The notes under the pieces: model-generated | The model's input: the letters and a program-made list of their open reading frames with translations, nothing else | Databases searched by the model: none | Told to the model about the DNA's origin: nothing | Shown here: positions 19,178 through 28,178 of the stretch, piece by piece | Numbering within the stretch: position 1 is the stretch's first letter | Layout: each line of letters starts with the position of its first letter | Program-made: the position numbers and the translations under genes | NCBI GenBank assembly: GCA_030674475.1 | Contig: JAUSCZ010000012.1 | Coordinates: 319 to 64,318, forward strand | Source of the DNA: Candidatus Omnitrophota bacterium | GTDB taxonomy: Bacteria; Omnitrophota; Gorgyraeia; Gygaellales; UBA12090 | Direction of reading: 5' to 3' | Length of the DNA: 64,000 bases

Positions 19178-19258
19178 ATGGGTTGTGGAACCTGTGCCCC
19201 AAAAAAGAAAAAGTCAACGGCAAAGCCAAAGGCAAAAGCAAAGGCCAAGAAGAGATAG
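19178..19258 (+). CDS. Putative 26-aa Cys/Lys-rich peptide (MGCGTCAPKKKKSTAKPKAKAKAKKR)
   Basis: AGGAGG lies 7 nt upstream of the ATG, and a structured leader precedes it. The Lys-rich part is encoded by the AAAGTCAA-type motif seen elsewhere, so it may not be a genuine gene. Confidence 0.25.
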   Translation: MGCGTCAPKKKKSTAKPKAKAKAKKR

Positions 19259-19332
19259 CCGCTTTTTCTGGAATTTGTAAAAGAGATACCTGCATAATAA
19301 TGTGCAGGTATCTCTTTTAGTGGAGATAAAAT

Positions 19333-20052
19333 ATGCTGGAGATTGCTTTTAGAAGAGTTGAATCGGTCGCGGTTTTGGACTTGACCGGTAATATTAATAT
19401 AGATTCAGCCAATCTTATTGAGAAGATCGGCTGGTGTTTAGAAAACGGCTATCCGGACATCCTCTGCAATTTTGAAAACATCAATCTGGTGGATTACGCC
19501 GGATTGTCGGTGCTGGCGATTGCCTTTAAAAATGTGGAAAACCATAAAGGCAGGATAAAGCTGTCGGGTGTGGCCGGACATATTAAAAATATTTTCTCTT
19601 TGATGTGCTTAGACCGGATTGTTGAGATGTGCGATGAGGAAAAACAGGCGGTCAGCAGTTTTAAAGAAGACCAGATTATTTCTGAGATTAAAAAGAAGAA
19701 GTTAAGAAGAAGATTCCGGCGCCTGCCTTTAGATATTAAGGTGGAATTTAAAGCTAAGGATAAGAATGAGGAATTCAGCCGCGGGAAAGTGGCGAATCTC
19801 AGCGGGGTGGGCTTATTGGTTGTGGCTGATAAACTGTATCCGCTTAATGAAATGCTGGAGGTTAAGCTGCTACTCTCGCAGAAAACCGGGGTATTGGAAA
19901 TTCAGGCCAAGGTAGCCTGGTTGGTGCGGATGGAATTACAGCCGCAGTTTTATCCCGGGATGGGTTTGGAGTTTTATCAGCTTGAACCCAGCCTGCAGAA
20001 AAAGATTGTGGAGTTTGTGGAAAGGAATCTGCCTTCTGGTTGTAATATATAA
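19333..20052 (+). CDS. STAS-domain (anti-sigma-factor antagonist-like) - PilZ-domain fusion protein
   Basis: N-terminal STAS ('VLDLTGNIN...YAGLSVL'). C-terminal PilZ motifs 'RRFRRLPL' (RxxxR) and 'ANLSGVGLLV' (D/NxSxGG). Confidence 0.65.
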   Translation: MLEIAFRRVESVAVLDLTGNINIDSANLIEKIGWCLENGYPDILCNFENINLVDYAGLSVLAIAFKNVENHKGRIKLSGVAGHIKNIFSLMCLDRIVEMCDEEKQAVSSFKEDQIISEIKKKKLRRRFRRLPLDIKVEFKAKDKNEEFSRGKVANLSGVGLLVVADKLYPLNEMLEVKLLLSQKTGVLEIQAKVAWLVRMELQPQFYPGMGLEFYQLEPSLQKKIVEFVERNLPSGCNI

Positions 20053-20054
20053 AA

Positions 20055-21983
20055 TTACCCCGCGCGCAGCTGCCTTTCGGCATCCACAATGTCCCGGTTG
20101 ATTTTGGGGATAAGAGAGGTAATTTTTTCTTTAAGGGTGTCCGAACTGAGGCGGTTAGAAAGCATTTCCCTTAAAAGCTGGTTAGACATCCTCAAATATC
20201 TGACTAATTCCCCCTCGTCAGTTGAGGTATTCAGGATAGCCTTATGAAAGGGTTCTCCCCGGACCCAGGCTTCAACGGTATTGGCCAGATGGTAATGGGG
20301 AATTTTACTGGCCGGGTGTATCTTAAACCTGTCCTCCTGCCTTAAGATCTGGCGCATTATGTTCTCGGTAAGATTTTTGAGGTTTTTCCCCTGGTGGGAT
20401 AATTTGGGTAACTCATCGTGCCGGCGCGGCTCAAAGACCACCGCGGCCATCAGTATCGCCAGCTCCATTTCATTGAAATTTTCTAAGTATCCCTCCATAA
20501 ACAGTTCGGATAAAATAATTTCATAGCCGTATATCCCGGAGGCGAATTTGCCCTTGGTGGTGAGCTCGTTATTCTTGATGTAACCGGCTGACTTCAGGAA
20601 ATTTATTTTCTGGCGCATGAGGCCTAAGGCTTCTTCCTTTTTGCGCGCGCCCGCTTGATAGAAGTGATAGGAGAGGGGATATATTTCCAGAAACCGCTCT
20701 TTATATTTTTCATACAAATGCAGCAAGGTGGCGTAAGAGCTGTTAAACTGGGAATTGACCTTTTCCGGCTGGCCGTAGATTATCCGTTTGAGCTCATCGG
20801 GGGTTATTTTACTCGGGTTGATTCGGGAATAGACAAAGCCCTCGGTATCAATTCCCCGCCTTCCGGCGCGTCCGGCCATCTGGTAGAAGTCCCGCGTTTT
20901 TAAACTGCATACATAATTTCCGTAGAATTTTCTTAAATCATCAAAGGCCACCGAGCGCGCCGGCATATTTATCCCTAAGGCAAAGGTTTCAGTGGTAAAG
21001 ATTACCTTTAAGAGGCGCGAGGTAAAAAGCTGTTCTACTACTTCTTTTAAGGTAGGCAGCATCCCGGCGTGATGATAGGCAATTCCCCGGCTGACCAAAG
21101 GATACATCCGGGAGGTGCTGGGTTCGCGCTCAAGGTCATAGCGCTTGATCAGTTCGTTGAATAATTTAAGTATGTCTTCGCGCTCGTCTTCCTTCAGAAA
21201 GTCAAAGTTGTATAATTCCTCAGCCAGTTCCTCGCATCTGCGGCGGGAGAAACAGAAATAGATGCAGGGTAGTTCCTCATTCTGGCGGATATGCCCAATG
21301 AGCGCGGAAAGGCGGTTGGGATGGGCTTCTTTATGGAATTCAGAGCGCCGCCCGCGATAAGCATAGCTGATAGTTTTAAGACTTATCTCTCTGAGTTTCT
21401 TAAAATCATCTAAGATTTTATTCTGGCACTGAAAGCGAAAATGCAGCGGCACCGGGCGGGTTTCTTCAATAATAATTTTAAGCGGCATATTGTGCACGGA
21501 TTCCAGCCACAGGCTAAATTCCTCGATATTGGGGACGGTCGCGCTGAGCCCCAGGATACGGATATGGCTGGGCAAAAGCATTAAGGACTCTTCCCAGACC
21601 GTGCCCCGTTCATAGTTGTCAATGTAGTGGATTTCATCGTAAATCACCCAGGAGAATTTCTTCAGTGAACGCGGCTCATCCAGGATCTTATTGCGGAAGA
21701 TTTCAGTAGTCATTATCAGGACCGGGGCATCCGGATTGATCGAGACATCGCCGGTGAGGATGCCGATTTTATCCCGGTAGGCCTTACTGAAGTCGCGAAA
21801 TTTCTGATTGGAGAGGGCTTTGATCGGGGCGGTATAGATTACCCCTTGATTAGATTCTATGCACCTTTCAATCACATACTCGGCGATAGCGGTTTTTCCC
21901 GCGCCGGTAGGGGCGGAAACTATCACCGAATGGCCTTTTTTAATATAATCTATGGCCTCCTGCTGGAAACGGTCATATTGCAT
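20055..21983 (-). CDS. Ski2-like DEAD/DEAH-box SF2 helicase
   Basis: Walker A 'APTGAGKTAIAEY' and 'VIYDEIHYI' (DEIH). The start is placed at 'MQYDRFQQEAIDYI' rather than the upstream in-frame Met. Confidence 0.75.
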   Translation of the reverse strand: MQYDRFQQEAIDYIKKGHSVIVSAPTGAGKTAIAEYVIERCIESNQGVIYTAPIKALSNQKFRDFSKAYRDKIGILTGDVSINPDAPVLIMTTEIFRNKILDEPRSLKKFSWVIYDEIHYIDNYERGTVWEESLMLLPSHIRILGLSATVPNIEEFSLWLESVHNMPLKIIIEETRPVPLHFRFQCQNKILDDFKKLREISLKTISYAYRGRRSEFHKEAHPNRLSALIGHIRQNEELPCIYFCFSRRRCEELAEELYNFDFLKEDEREDILKLFNELIKRYDLEREPSTSRMYPLVSRGIAYHHAGMLPTLKEVVEQLFTSRLLKVIFTTETFALGINMPARSVAFDDLRKFYGNYVCSLKTRDFYQMAGRAGRRGIDTEGFVYSRINPSKITPDELKRIIYGQPEKVNSQFNSSYATLLHLYEKYKERFLEIYPLSYHFYQAGARKKEEALGLMRQKINFLKSAGYIKNNELTTKGKFASGIYGYEIILSELFMEGYLENFNEMELAILMAAVVFEPRRHDELPKLSHQGKNLKNLTENIMRQILRQEDRFKIHPASKIPHYHLANTVEAWVRGEPFHKAILNTSTDEGELVRYLRMSNQLLREMLSNRLSSDTLKEKITSLIPKINRDIVDAERQLRAG

Positions 21984-22118
21984 AGATTTATTATAACACA
22001 AATTTGTTTTGGCGCATTTGATTAATACAATATCGCTTACAGGAGGCCCAAAAAGTGGTATAATATTTTGTTTTCTTATGTTGATTACCAAATTTATTAA
22101 CTGAAGGAGGTTTTCAGA

Positions 22119-24299
22119 ATGGATATCAAGAACAATCAGGTAGAGGCATATTTATCTCAACTCCAGCAGGAAAAGTTTAATGAACAGCTAAACAGCGCTT
22201 ACGGGATTTCTAAGGATGCCGCCAACCCTAAGATAGCCCGGATAGGCTTTGACGCCCAGGAGAACCGCTTAGGTTGGACTTTGGCCAACCTGAATTGGAT
22301 TTTGGGGAATTACCGGGTTGTGGAAGGCCTGCTTGAGGATGCTCAAAAGATCCGCGATAATTTTAAATACGCGGTTTTCTGCGGCATGGGGGGTTCGGGA
22401 TTAACCGTGCAGTTAGTCAAAGATACCTTTGGTGAGGGCGGGGTAATTATATACAGCTTAAGGACTACCGACCCTAAGGCAATCAAGGATATCCTGGATG
22501 AGATAACCGCGATAGAAGGCTCCTTGGAGAAAGTGCTGGAGAAGACATTAGTGATCGCGGTAAGTAAATCCGGGACTACCATAGAGACGGTTTCTCATAA
22601 AAAATATTTTGAAGAGCTTTACCATAAATTCGAAATAGACATTAAAAGGCATCTCTGGGTAATTACCGATAAAGGCTCGCCAATGGATACCGGGGACTAC
22701 CAGCAGAAAGAAATCCAGCTTAACGGTAAAGGCGATATCGGAGGCAGGTTTACCGCCCCGGCCACCAATATCTTTTTACTGCCTCTGGCCATAGCCGCTG
22801 CGGAAAAAGTTCGGACAGTTTTAGAGACGGCTAAAGCTATGAATGATACCGGGGATGTCCAGCAAGACACATTCTTAAGGTTGGGGGCTTATTTATATTA
22901 TATGGCCTTTAATGAGAGAAAAGATAAGCTTACTATGCTGATGCCGGATGAATTAAAAGATATACCGATGTGGGCGGAGCAGTTGATTGAGGAGTCTTTG
23001 GGTAAAGACGGCAAAGGCATAAGCCTTTTTTACGCGGAGAAACTCTCGCCCCGGGAATTAAGGCCTGTTCCACAGAATGACCGGGTATTCTTTCGGATAA
23101 ATATAGGCGGCAAGAAGACCAGCCCGGAGCTTTGGAACTACCTGGCGGTAAATAAATATCCGGTGTTTGAGATAGATATAAAAGATATTTACTCCGTCGG
23201 CGGGATTATGCTGGGATTGCAAAGGGCGGTGGCCGCTATCGGTTATCTCTGGGATATTTGTTTTGTGGATCAGCCGGCAGTGGAAGGTTATAAGAAGGCA
23301 ACCAAAGAGGTGATGCAGACGCCAGGGGAAGTTAAGGTCCCCGCGCAATGGCGTTTTGCCGCCTATAAAGGGCTGAAACTATATTATAGCCCTTTGCTTG
23401 AGGCTGGAGCCTTTAGCGACAGCCAATTGCGAGAAGAAGTAAAAGAGATGATAAAAAATCCTCCCCTTACCAAGGGGAGGTGGGGAGGGGTAAGAAATCC
23501 AGATGACCCGGCCGAGATATACGCGGCAATAATCAGACTGCTTGTTCAAAAGACAAAATTAGAGGCGATTGAATTTACCTCTTACGGCAAGATGTCCCCG
23601 GCTTTTAAAAATATTCTGGATGAGGCCAGGTATAATCTGTTTACCCAAGGATTAAAACTGCCGGCGAAATTAGGAGAAGGCCCGGATAAGAATCATTCTT
23701 ACCACCAGAATATTGAGGCCGGAAAAGATATGTGGTTTTCCACTTATTTCCTGGCCGATAAAATTGAACAGCCTGGATCTTTAGCATTTGACCCCAATCT
23801 GCTTAAGGCCCAGGCCATCGGAACAGTCCAATCGCTCATCAACAATAAGCGCAAGGTGGTCCTGATTACCTTTTCCGGCACCGCTCAAGACGCCCAGGGG
23901 GAGCTGAAGGAATTCTGGGATAAGGTTTTAGGGATTCTTATTGCCGCGAAGATAATAAAGAGTCCCGAGGCAAGTCAGATGGTTACTTATGATGAATTCC
24001 GGAAATTAGAGATAAAAATAGCGCGGATACAAGAGGTTAGCCCGCATCCCAATGCCGATAGGCTTTATGTGCTCAAGATTGATTTAGGCGATTCCCAGCG
24101 CCAGATTGTAGCCGGAATCCGCAATTCCTATAAACCCGAGGAATTAACCGGGAAACAGATCGCGGTGATAGTCAATTTAGAGCCGGCAGTTATCCGGGGG
24201 GTGGAGAGCCAGGGGATGTTGTTAGCCGCTTCCGATGAGAACGGAATCGCGATACTCACTCCGCAAAGGGAAGTCAAGCCGGGGAGCGTGGTAAAGTAG
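22119..24299 (+). CDS. Glucose-6-phosphate isomerase-like (SIS) domain fused to a C-terminal Myf/EMAP-type tRNA-binding domain
   Basis: PGI signature 'GDIGGRFTAPATNIF' and SIS 'FCGMGGSG'. The C-terminal ~110 aa 'EVSPHPNADRLYVLKIDLG...QIVAGIRN...GVESQGMLLA' match the tRNA_bind (CsaA/MetRS C-term) fold. Confidence 0.6.
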   Translation: MDIKNNQVEAYLSQLQQEKFNEQLNSAYGISKDAANPKIARIGFDAQENRLGWTLANLNWILGNYRVVEGLLEDAQKIRDNFKYAVFCGMGGSGLTVQLVKDTFGEGGVIIYSLRTTDPKAIKDILDEITAIEGSLEKVLEKTLVIAVSKSGTTIETVSHKKYFEELYHKFEIDIKRHLWVITDKGSPMDTGDYQQKEIQLNGKGDIGGRFTAPATNIFLLPLAIAAAEKVRTVLETAKAMNDTGDVQQDTFLRLGAYLYYMAFNERKDKLTMLMPDELKDIPMWAEQLIEESLGKDGKGISLFYAEKLSPRELRPVPQNDRVFFRINIGGKKTSPELWNYLAVNKYPVFEIDIKDIYSVGGIMLGLQRAVAAIGYLWDICFVDQPAVEGYKKATKEVMQTPGEVKVPAQWRFAAYKGLKLYYSPLLEAGAFSDSQLREEVKEMIKNPPLTKGRWGGVRNPDDPAEIYAAIIRLLVQKTKLEAIEFTSYGKMSPAFKNILDEARYNLFTQGLKLPAKLGEGPDKNHSYHQNIEAGKDMWFSTYFLADKIEQPGSLAFDPNLLKAQAIGTVQSLINNKRKVVLITFSGTAQDAQGELKEFWDKVLGILIAAKIIKSPEASQMVTYDEFRKLEIKIARIQEVSPHPNADRLYVLKIDLGDSQRQIVAGIRNSYKPEELTGKQIAVIVNLEPAVIRGVESQGMLLAASDENGIAILTPQREVKPGSVVK
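23457..23500. repeat. REP-like palindromic repeat (CCTCCCCTTACCAAGGGGAGG + G-rich tail), copy inside a CDS
   Basis: Near-identical to the 25777, 27410 and 24332 copies. It encodes the in-frame segment 'KNPPLTKGRWGGVRNPDD'. Confidence 0.6.
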
Positions 24300-24331
24300 C
24301 GTTCCATGACAGTAGTTATTATTAACTACTT

Positions 24332-24369
24332 CCTTCTCCCCTCGTGGGAGAAGGTTAGGATGAGGGGGA
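24332..24369. repeat. REP-like palindromic repeat variant (CTCCCCTCGTGGGAGAAGG...)
   Basis: Intergenic, after the 22119..24299 gene. Related to the CCTCCCCTT..AAGGGGAGG family. Confidence 0.45.
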
Positions 24370-24387
24370 ATTGATTGACAATAATTA

Positions 24388-25761
24388 ATGTCACAGAGTA
24401 ATGATATGTTAAAACAGTTTATTCCTTCTGAGTTTTGCCTGAGGTGTTTTGGCTGTTGTAGATTTAACCAGAACCCCAGCATTTGGGCTCCGGCAGGATT
24501 TAAATTAGTTAAAGATAACGACGGCTATGCCTGTGAAAAGCTCGATGTCAAAAATAACACCTGCCGGATTTATGAAAAACGTCCCTTAGACTGCCGGTTG
24601 TATCCTTTTTTATTAGTCAAAAACGACAGCCACCTTCAATTAGGCCTGCATAAAAGCTGTTGTTTTATTGAAGAGAAACAGCCTGCCCCGGCCGATATTC
24701 AAACTTACGCCCAATATCTCAAGAATAGACTCAATACCGCTTCATGTATTTCCGCAATCCGTAAAAATCCGGAAGTCTCTGCCGATTATCAGGAAAATGT
24801 AGAATTAATCACAGATTTAAAAGATGTATTTGCCAAAGCCTATCTTCCTAAACTCAATATACTTACCCTCAAAGATAAACCCCGGATAGAGGGTTACCTT
24901 TTAAAATCTAAAACTAGCCTTTCGGCGCGCCATTTTGTGGATATCTTTATTTGGAAAGACCTGTTTCAGATTTTTTGGGTAATCATCGAAGATGAGCTTG
25001 GTATCTTTTATCAGGATAAAATCGGGATGTTTATGATGTTACCGCCATTAGGAAAGTTTAAGCCAACGGTGGTTAAAAAGTGTTTTGAGATTATGAATGT
25101 TTATAACCAGAATAGCGCGGTGAGCCGGATTGAGAATGTAGCTCAGGAAGATATTGCTAAATATTCACGCTTAGGATTAAGCTCCAAGCTTAAAGATATC
25201 GAATACCTTTGCCTAAGAAAGGATTTGATTGAATTAGCCGGCAAAGGCTTTAAGTCTAAGCGCTCAAGTTGTAATTATTTTGTTAAAAATTATCGCGCCG
25301 ATTTTTTAGAATATAAAGACAGCTATTACCGGGATTGCCTTAAGCTTTATCAGTCCTGGAGCCGTCAACGTAAAGGTAGACACCAGGATATTATCTATCA
25401 GCAGATGCTGGAGGACAGTTTCTTAAGTTTCCAAACCGCTTTGCGGTATTATAAAAAGTTAGGCTTAAGCGGTTATGTGGTTCGACTACGCTCACCACAG
25501 GTGGTGAAGATTGCTGAAAGAATAAAATCCTGCACGTTCGGCTATCCTTTAAACAAAGAGACCTTTTGCGTTTTGTTTGAAATCTGCGATTTAAATTTTA
25601 AAGGAATAGCCCAATATGTCTTCCGGGAGTTTTGCAAAAAATTATCCGGGTATAAGTATATAAATATTATGGGCGCCTCAGATTTAGAGAACCTAAAAAC
25701 AGTAAAACTTTCCTACCGGCCGAAGAGAGAAATCGGAGTTTACAATATCTATCAAAAATAA
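24388..25761 (+). CDS. YkgJ-type (CxxCxxCC) Fe/Zn-binding domain fused to a DUF2156/MprF-C-terminal-like (FemAB/GNAT fold) domain
   Basis: N-term 'CLRCFGCCRF...CRIYEKRPLDCRLYPF'. The C-terminal domain assignment is by sequence recollection only. Confidence 0.4.
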   Translation: MSQSNDMLKQFIPSEFCLRCFGCCRFNQNPSIWAPAGFKLVKDNDGYACEKLDVKNNTCRIYEKRPLDCRLYPFLLVKNDSHLQLGLHKSCCFIEEKQPAPADIQTYAQYLKNRLNTASCISAIRKNPEVSADYQENVELITDLKDVFAKAYLPKLNILTLKDKPRIEGYLLKSKTSLSARHFVDIFIWKDLFQIFWVIIEDELGIFYQDKIGMFMMLPPLGKFKPTVVKKCFEIMNVYNQNSAVSRIENVAQEDIAKYSRLGLSSKLKDIEYLCLRKDLIELAGKGFKSKRSSCNYFVKNYRADFLEYKDSYYRDCLKLYQSWSRQRKGRHQDIIYQQMLEDSFLSFQTALRYYKKLGLSGYVVRLRSPQVVKIAERIKSCTFGYPLNKETFCVLFEICDLNFKGIAQYVFREFCKKLSGYKYINIMGASDLENLKTVKLSYRPKREIGVYNIYQK

Positions 25762-25776
25762 ATTATGGTTATATTA

Positions 25777-25818
25777 GAAATCCTCCCCTTACCAAGGGGA
25801 GGCGGGGTGGGGTTAAAA
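25777..25818. repeat. REP-like palindromic repeat
   Basis: 'AATCCTCCCCTTACCAAGGGGAGGCGGGGTGGGGTTAAA', immediately upstream of pabB. Confidence 0.6.
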
Positions 25819-27302
25819 TGCCATACTTGACCTGGAAATCGTTTGACTGGAAGCAGGACGCCTGGGGAATTTTTGAGGCAATTAAGGATAAGCAAAATGT
25901 CTTTTTTTTGGACAGTTCTCTGCGCCGTCCGGACTTAGGCCGGTATTCCTTTTTAGGCTTTGAGCCGTTTTGTATCTTTAAAGCCAAAGGCCAAAAAGAT
26001 TCGCTTAATCAGTTAAGAACTCTGCTTGGGCGCTACAGGTTAACAAATACGAAATTTCCTTTTTTAGGCGGGGCAGTCGGCTATCTGGCGTATGATTTCG
26101 GCTTAAGCTTAGAGAACATTGAGGAAAAAACCAAGGATGATATTGGCCTTCCGGATGTATTCTTTGGCTTTTACGATGTGGTAATCGCCATTGACCATTG
26201 GCAGAAAAAGCTGACTATTTTTTCCACCGGTTTTCCCGAAAAAAGCTCTTTCTTAGCCAAAAAACGCTCAGAGCAGAGATTAAAACAGTTTATTCAGGAG
26301 TTGTCTAAGCAGGGCCGTCATTCAGGTTGTGTCACGATGTCATTGCGAGCCCCGTTAGAAAACTTTAGCAATGTTAAAAGAGTTTTTCTAACGGGGCGAG
26401 GAGCCGCAGGCGACGCGGCAATCTCAAAAACGAGTTTGCTTCACCCCTTCGGGGTTCGCAATGACAAATTAGCAATTAAGCCTGTATCTAATTTCACCAA
26501 AGAGAAATATTTAAAAGCAGTTACCAAAGCCAAGGATTACATTAAAAAAGGCGACATCTATCAGGTTAATCTCTCCCAAAGATTCAGCGCGCAAACCTCT
26601 TTAAGCAGTTTTGACTTATATCAGAAACTACGCCAGGTTTCACCCAGCGACTTCTCGGCTTACCTTGCCTGCGGAGATTTTCAGATTATCAGCTCTTCTC
26701 CGGAGAGATTCCTTAGTTTTGACGGGAAAAAGGTTTCCACCCGGCCGATGAAGGGGACCCGGCCGCGAGGAACAAATCCCCGGGCGGACGCGCGCCATAA
26801 GCGGGATTTACTGCAAAGCCCCAAAGATAAGGCCGAATTGCTGATGATTGTGGATTTACTGCGTAATGACCTGGGCCGGGTCTGTAAATATGGCTCAATC
26901 AAAGTCAGCTCAATGCGCGCCCTGGAGGCCTATTCCACGGTTTATCAGACCACCGCCTCTATTGAAGGAGTTTTGCATCCGGAAAAAGACCGCCTTGACC
27001 TGCTCAAAGCCTGCTTTCCCGGCGGCTCAATAACCGGATGCCCCAAAATCCGCTCAATGGAGATAATTGAAGAACTTGAGCCGACTAAGCGGGCAATTTA
27101 TACCGGTTCGCTGGGCTATTTTGGATTCAATAATACCATGGACCTGAATATCTTAATCCGCACAATTTTGAAAAAAAGTGATAAAATATACTTTCAGACC
27201 GGCGGCGGAATCGTATCCGATTCCCAAGCCGAAAACGAATACCAGGAAACCCTCACCAAAGCCCAGGGTATCTTTAAGACGTTAAAGCGCGGTTGCCTGT
27301 AG
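25818..27302 (+). CDS. pabB: Aminodeoxychorismate synthase component I (chorismate-binding enzyme family)
   Basis: 'SSSPERFL', 'PKIRSMEIIEELE', 'RAIYTGSLGY', 'GGGIVSDSQAENEYQET' motifs. A PabC-like gene lies 11 kb downstream. Confidence 0.75.
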   Translation: MPYLTWKSFDWKQDAWGIFEAIKDKQNVFFLDSSLRRPDLGRYSFLGFEPFCIFKAKGQKDSLNQLRTLLGRYRLTNTKFPFLGGAVGYLAYDFGLSLENIEEKTKDDIGLPDVFFGFYDVVIAIDHWQKKLTIFSTGFPEKSSFLAKKRSEQRLKQFIQELSKQGRHSGCVTMSLRAPLENFSNVKRVFLTGRGAAGDAAISKTSLLHPFGVRNDKLAIKPVSNFTKEKYLKAVTKAKDYIKKGDIYQVNLSQRFSAQTSLSSFDLYQKLRQVSPSDFSAYLACGDFQIISSSPERFLSFDGKKVSTRPMKGTRPRGTNPRADARHKRDLLQSPKDKAELLMIVDLLRNDLGRVCKYGSIKVSSMRALEAYSTVYQTTASIEGVLHPEKDRLDLLKACFPGGSITGCPKIRSMEIIEELEPTKRAIYTGSLGYFGFNNTMDLNILIRTILKKSDKIYFQTGGGIVSDSQAENEYQETLTKAQGIFKTLKRGCL

Positions 27303-27385
27303 ATAGATAAATGTGCAGGGGGAGAATGAGGGGGTTTTCCTGATTGTAATCGGTCAGAATGGAGACAAAATATTTTCCCTCTATT

Positions 27386-27457
27386 CCTCTCCCCTTGTGG
27401 GAGAGGTAAGAAATCCTCCCCTTACCAAGGGGAGGCGGGGAGGGGTTAGGTGAGGGG
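27386..27457. repeat. Tandem pair of REP-like palindromic repeats at the island boundary
   Basis: CCTCTCCCCTTGTGGGAGAGG followed by CCTCCCCTTACCAAGGGGAGGCGGGGAGGGG. Confidence 0.55.
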
Positions 27458-27515
27458 TACAAACTGTGAGTTTTCCCCTGAGAACTTACCGATTACTTAT
27501 AACAGAAAAAATGGC

Positions 27516-27554
27516 TTGACAATATGTCGCAAAAAGCATATACTTTTTGCGACA
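27516..27554 (+). promoter_or_regulatory. abiE promoter (TTGACA-17-TATACT) with an overlapping perfect 30-bp palindrome (putative AbiEi operator)
   Basis: TGTCGCAAAAAGCATATACTTTTTGCGACA spans the -10. AbiEi proteins are known to autoregulate via inverted repeats. Confidence 0.55.
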
Positions 27555-27571
27555 AGCGATAGGTTATAGAA

Positions 27572-28171
27572 ATGACACAAAGTATTTATAATAAAGTAGT
27601 TAGCATGATATACGGAATGAAGAGGGGTTGGGTATTTACTACAACTAATTTTCTTGATCTTGGAAGTCGCACGGCCGTGGCTAAAACCCTAGAGCGTTTA
27701 GCGGACTCCGGTACTATTCGCCGACTCGCGCGTGGCCTGTATGATTACCCGGAGAAACATCCTGTGTTGGGAGAGTTACCCGCGAATTATGAGCGCATCG
27801 CTCAAGCATTGGCAGGAAGGGATAGTTTGAAAATTCAACCTTCCGGGGCATATGCCGCTAATCTGCTTGGTTTAACCGAACAGGTGCCGGCAAGAATTGT
27901 TTTTTTGACAGATGGCTCCAATAGAAAAGTGCAGGTCAAAAATCAGCAGATCATTTTGAAAAGAACAACCCCCAAGAATATGGCAACCGCCGGGAATGTG
28001 AGCGGTTTGGTCATTCAGGCTTTGCGGTATTTAGGTAAAGATCACGTAGATGCTAAAACAGTAGGAATACTTAATAAGAGATTAACGGGAGATGATAAGC
28101 GCCAGCTTATGCGCGATCTTCGCTATGCCCCCGCGTGGATAGGATCAATATTTAGACAACTACAGAGATAA
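27572..28171 (+). CDS. abiEi: AbiEi-family type IV toxin-antitoxin antitoxin / transcriptional regulator
   Basis: 'TAVAKTLERLADSGTIRRLARGLYDY' matches the AbiEi N-terminal wHTH. Paired with a downstream AbiEii gene. Confidence 0.7.
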   Translation: MTQSIYNKVVSMIYGMKRGWVFTTTNFLDLGSRTAVAKTLERLADSGTIRRLARGLYDYPEKHPVLGELPANYERIAQALAGRDSLKIQPSGAYAANLLGLTEQVPARIVFLTDGSNRKVQVKNQQIILKRTTPKNMATAGNVSGLVIQALRYLGKDHVDAKTVGILNKRLTGDDKRQLMRDLRYAPAWIGSIFRQLQR

Positions 28172-28178
28172 GAAGATT

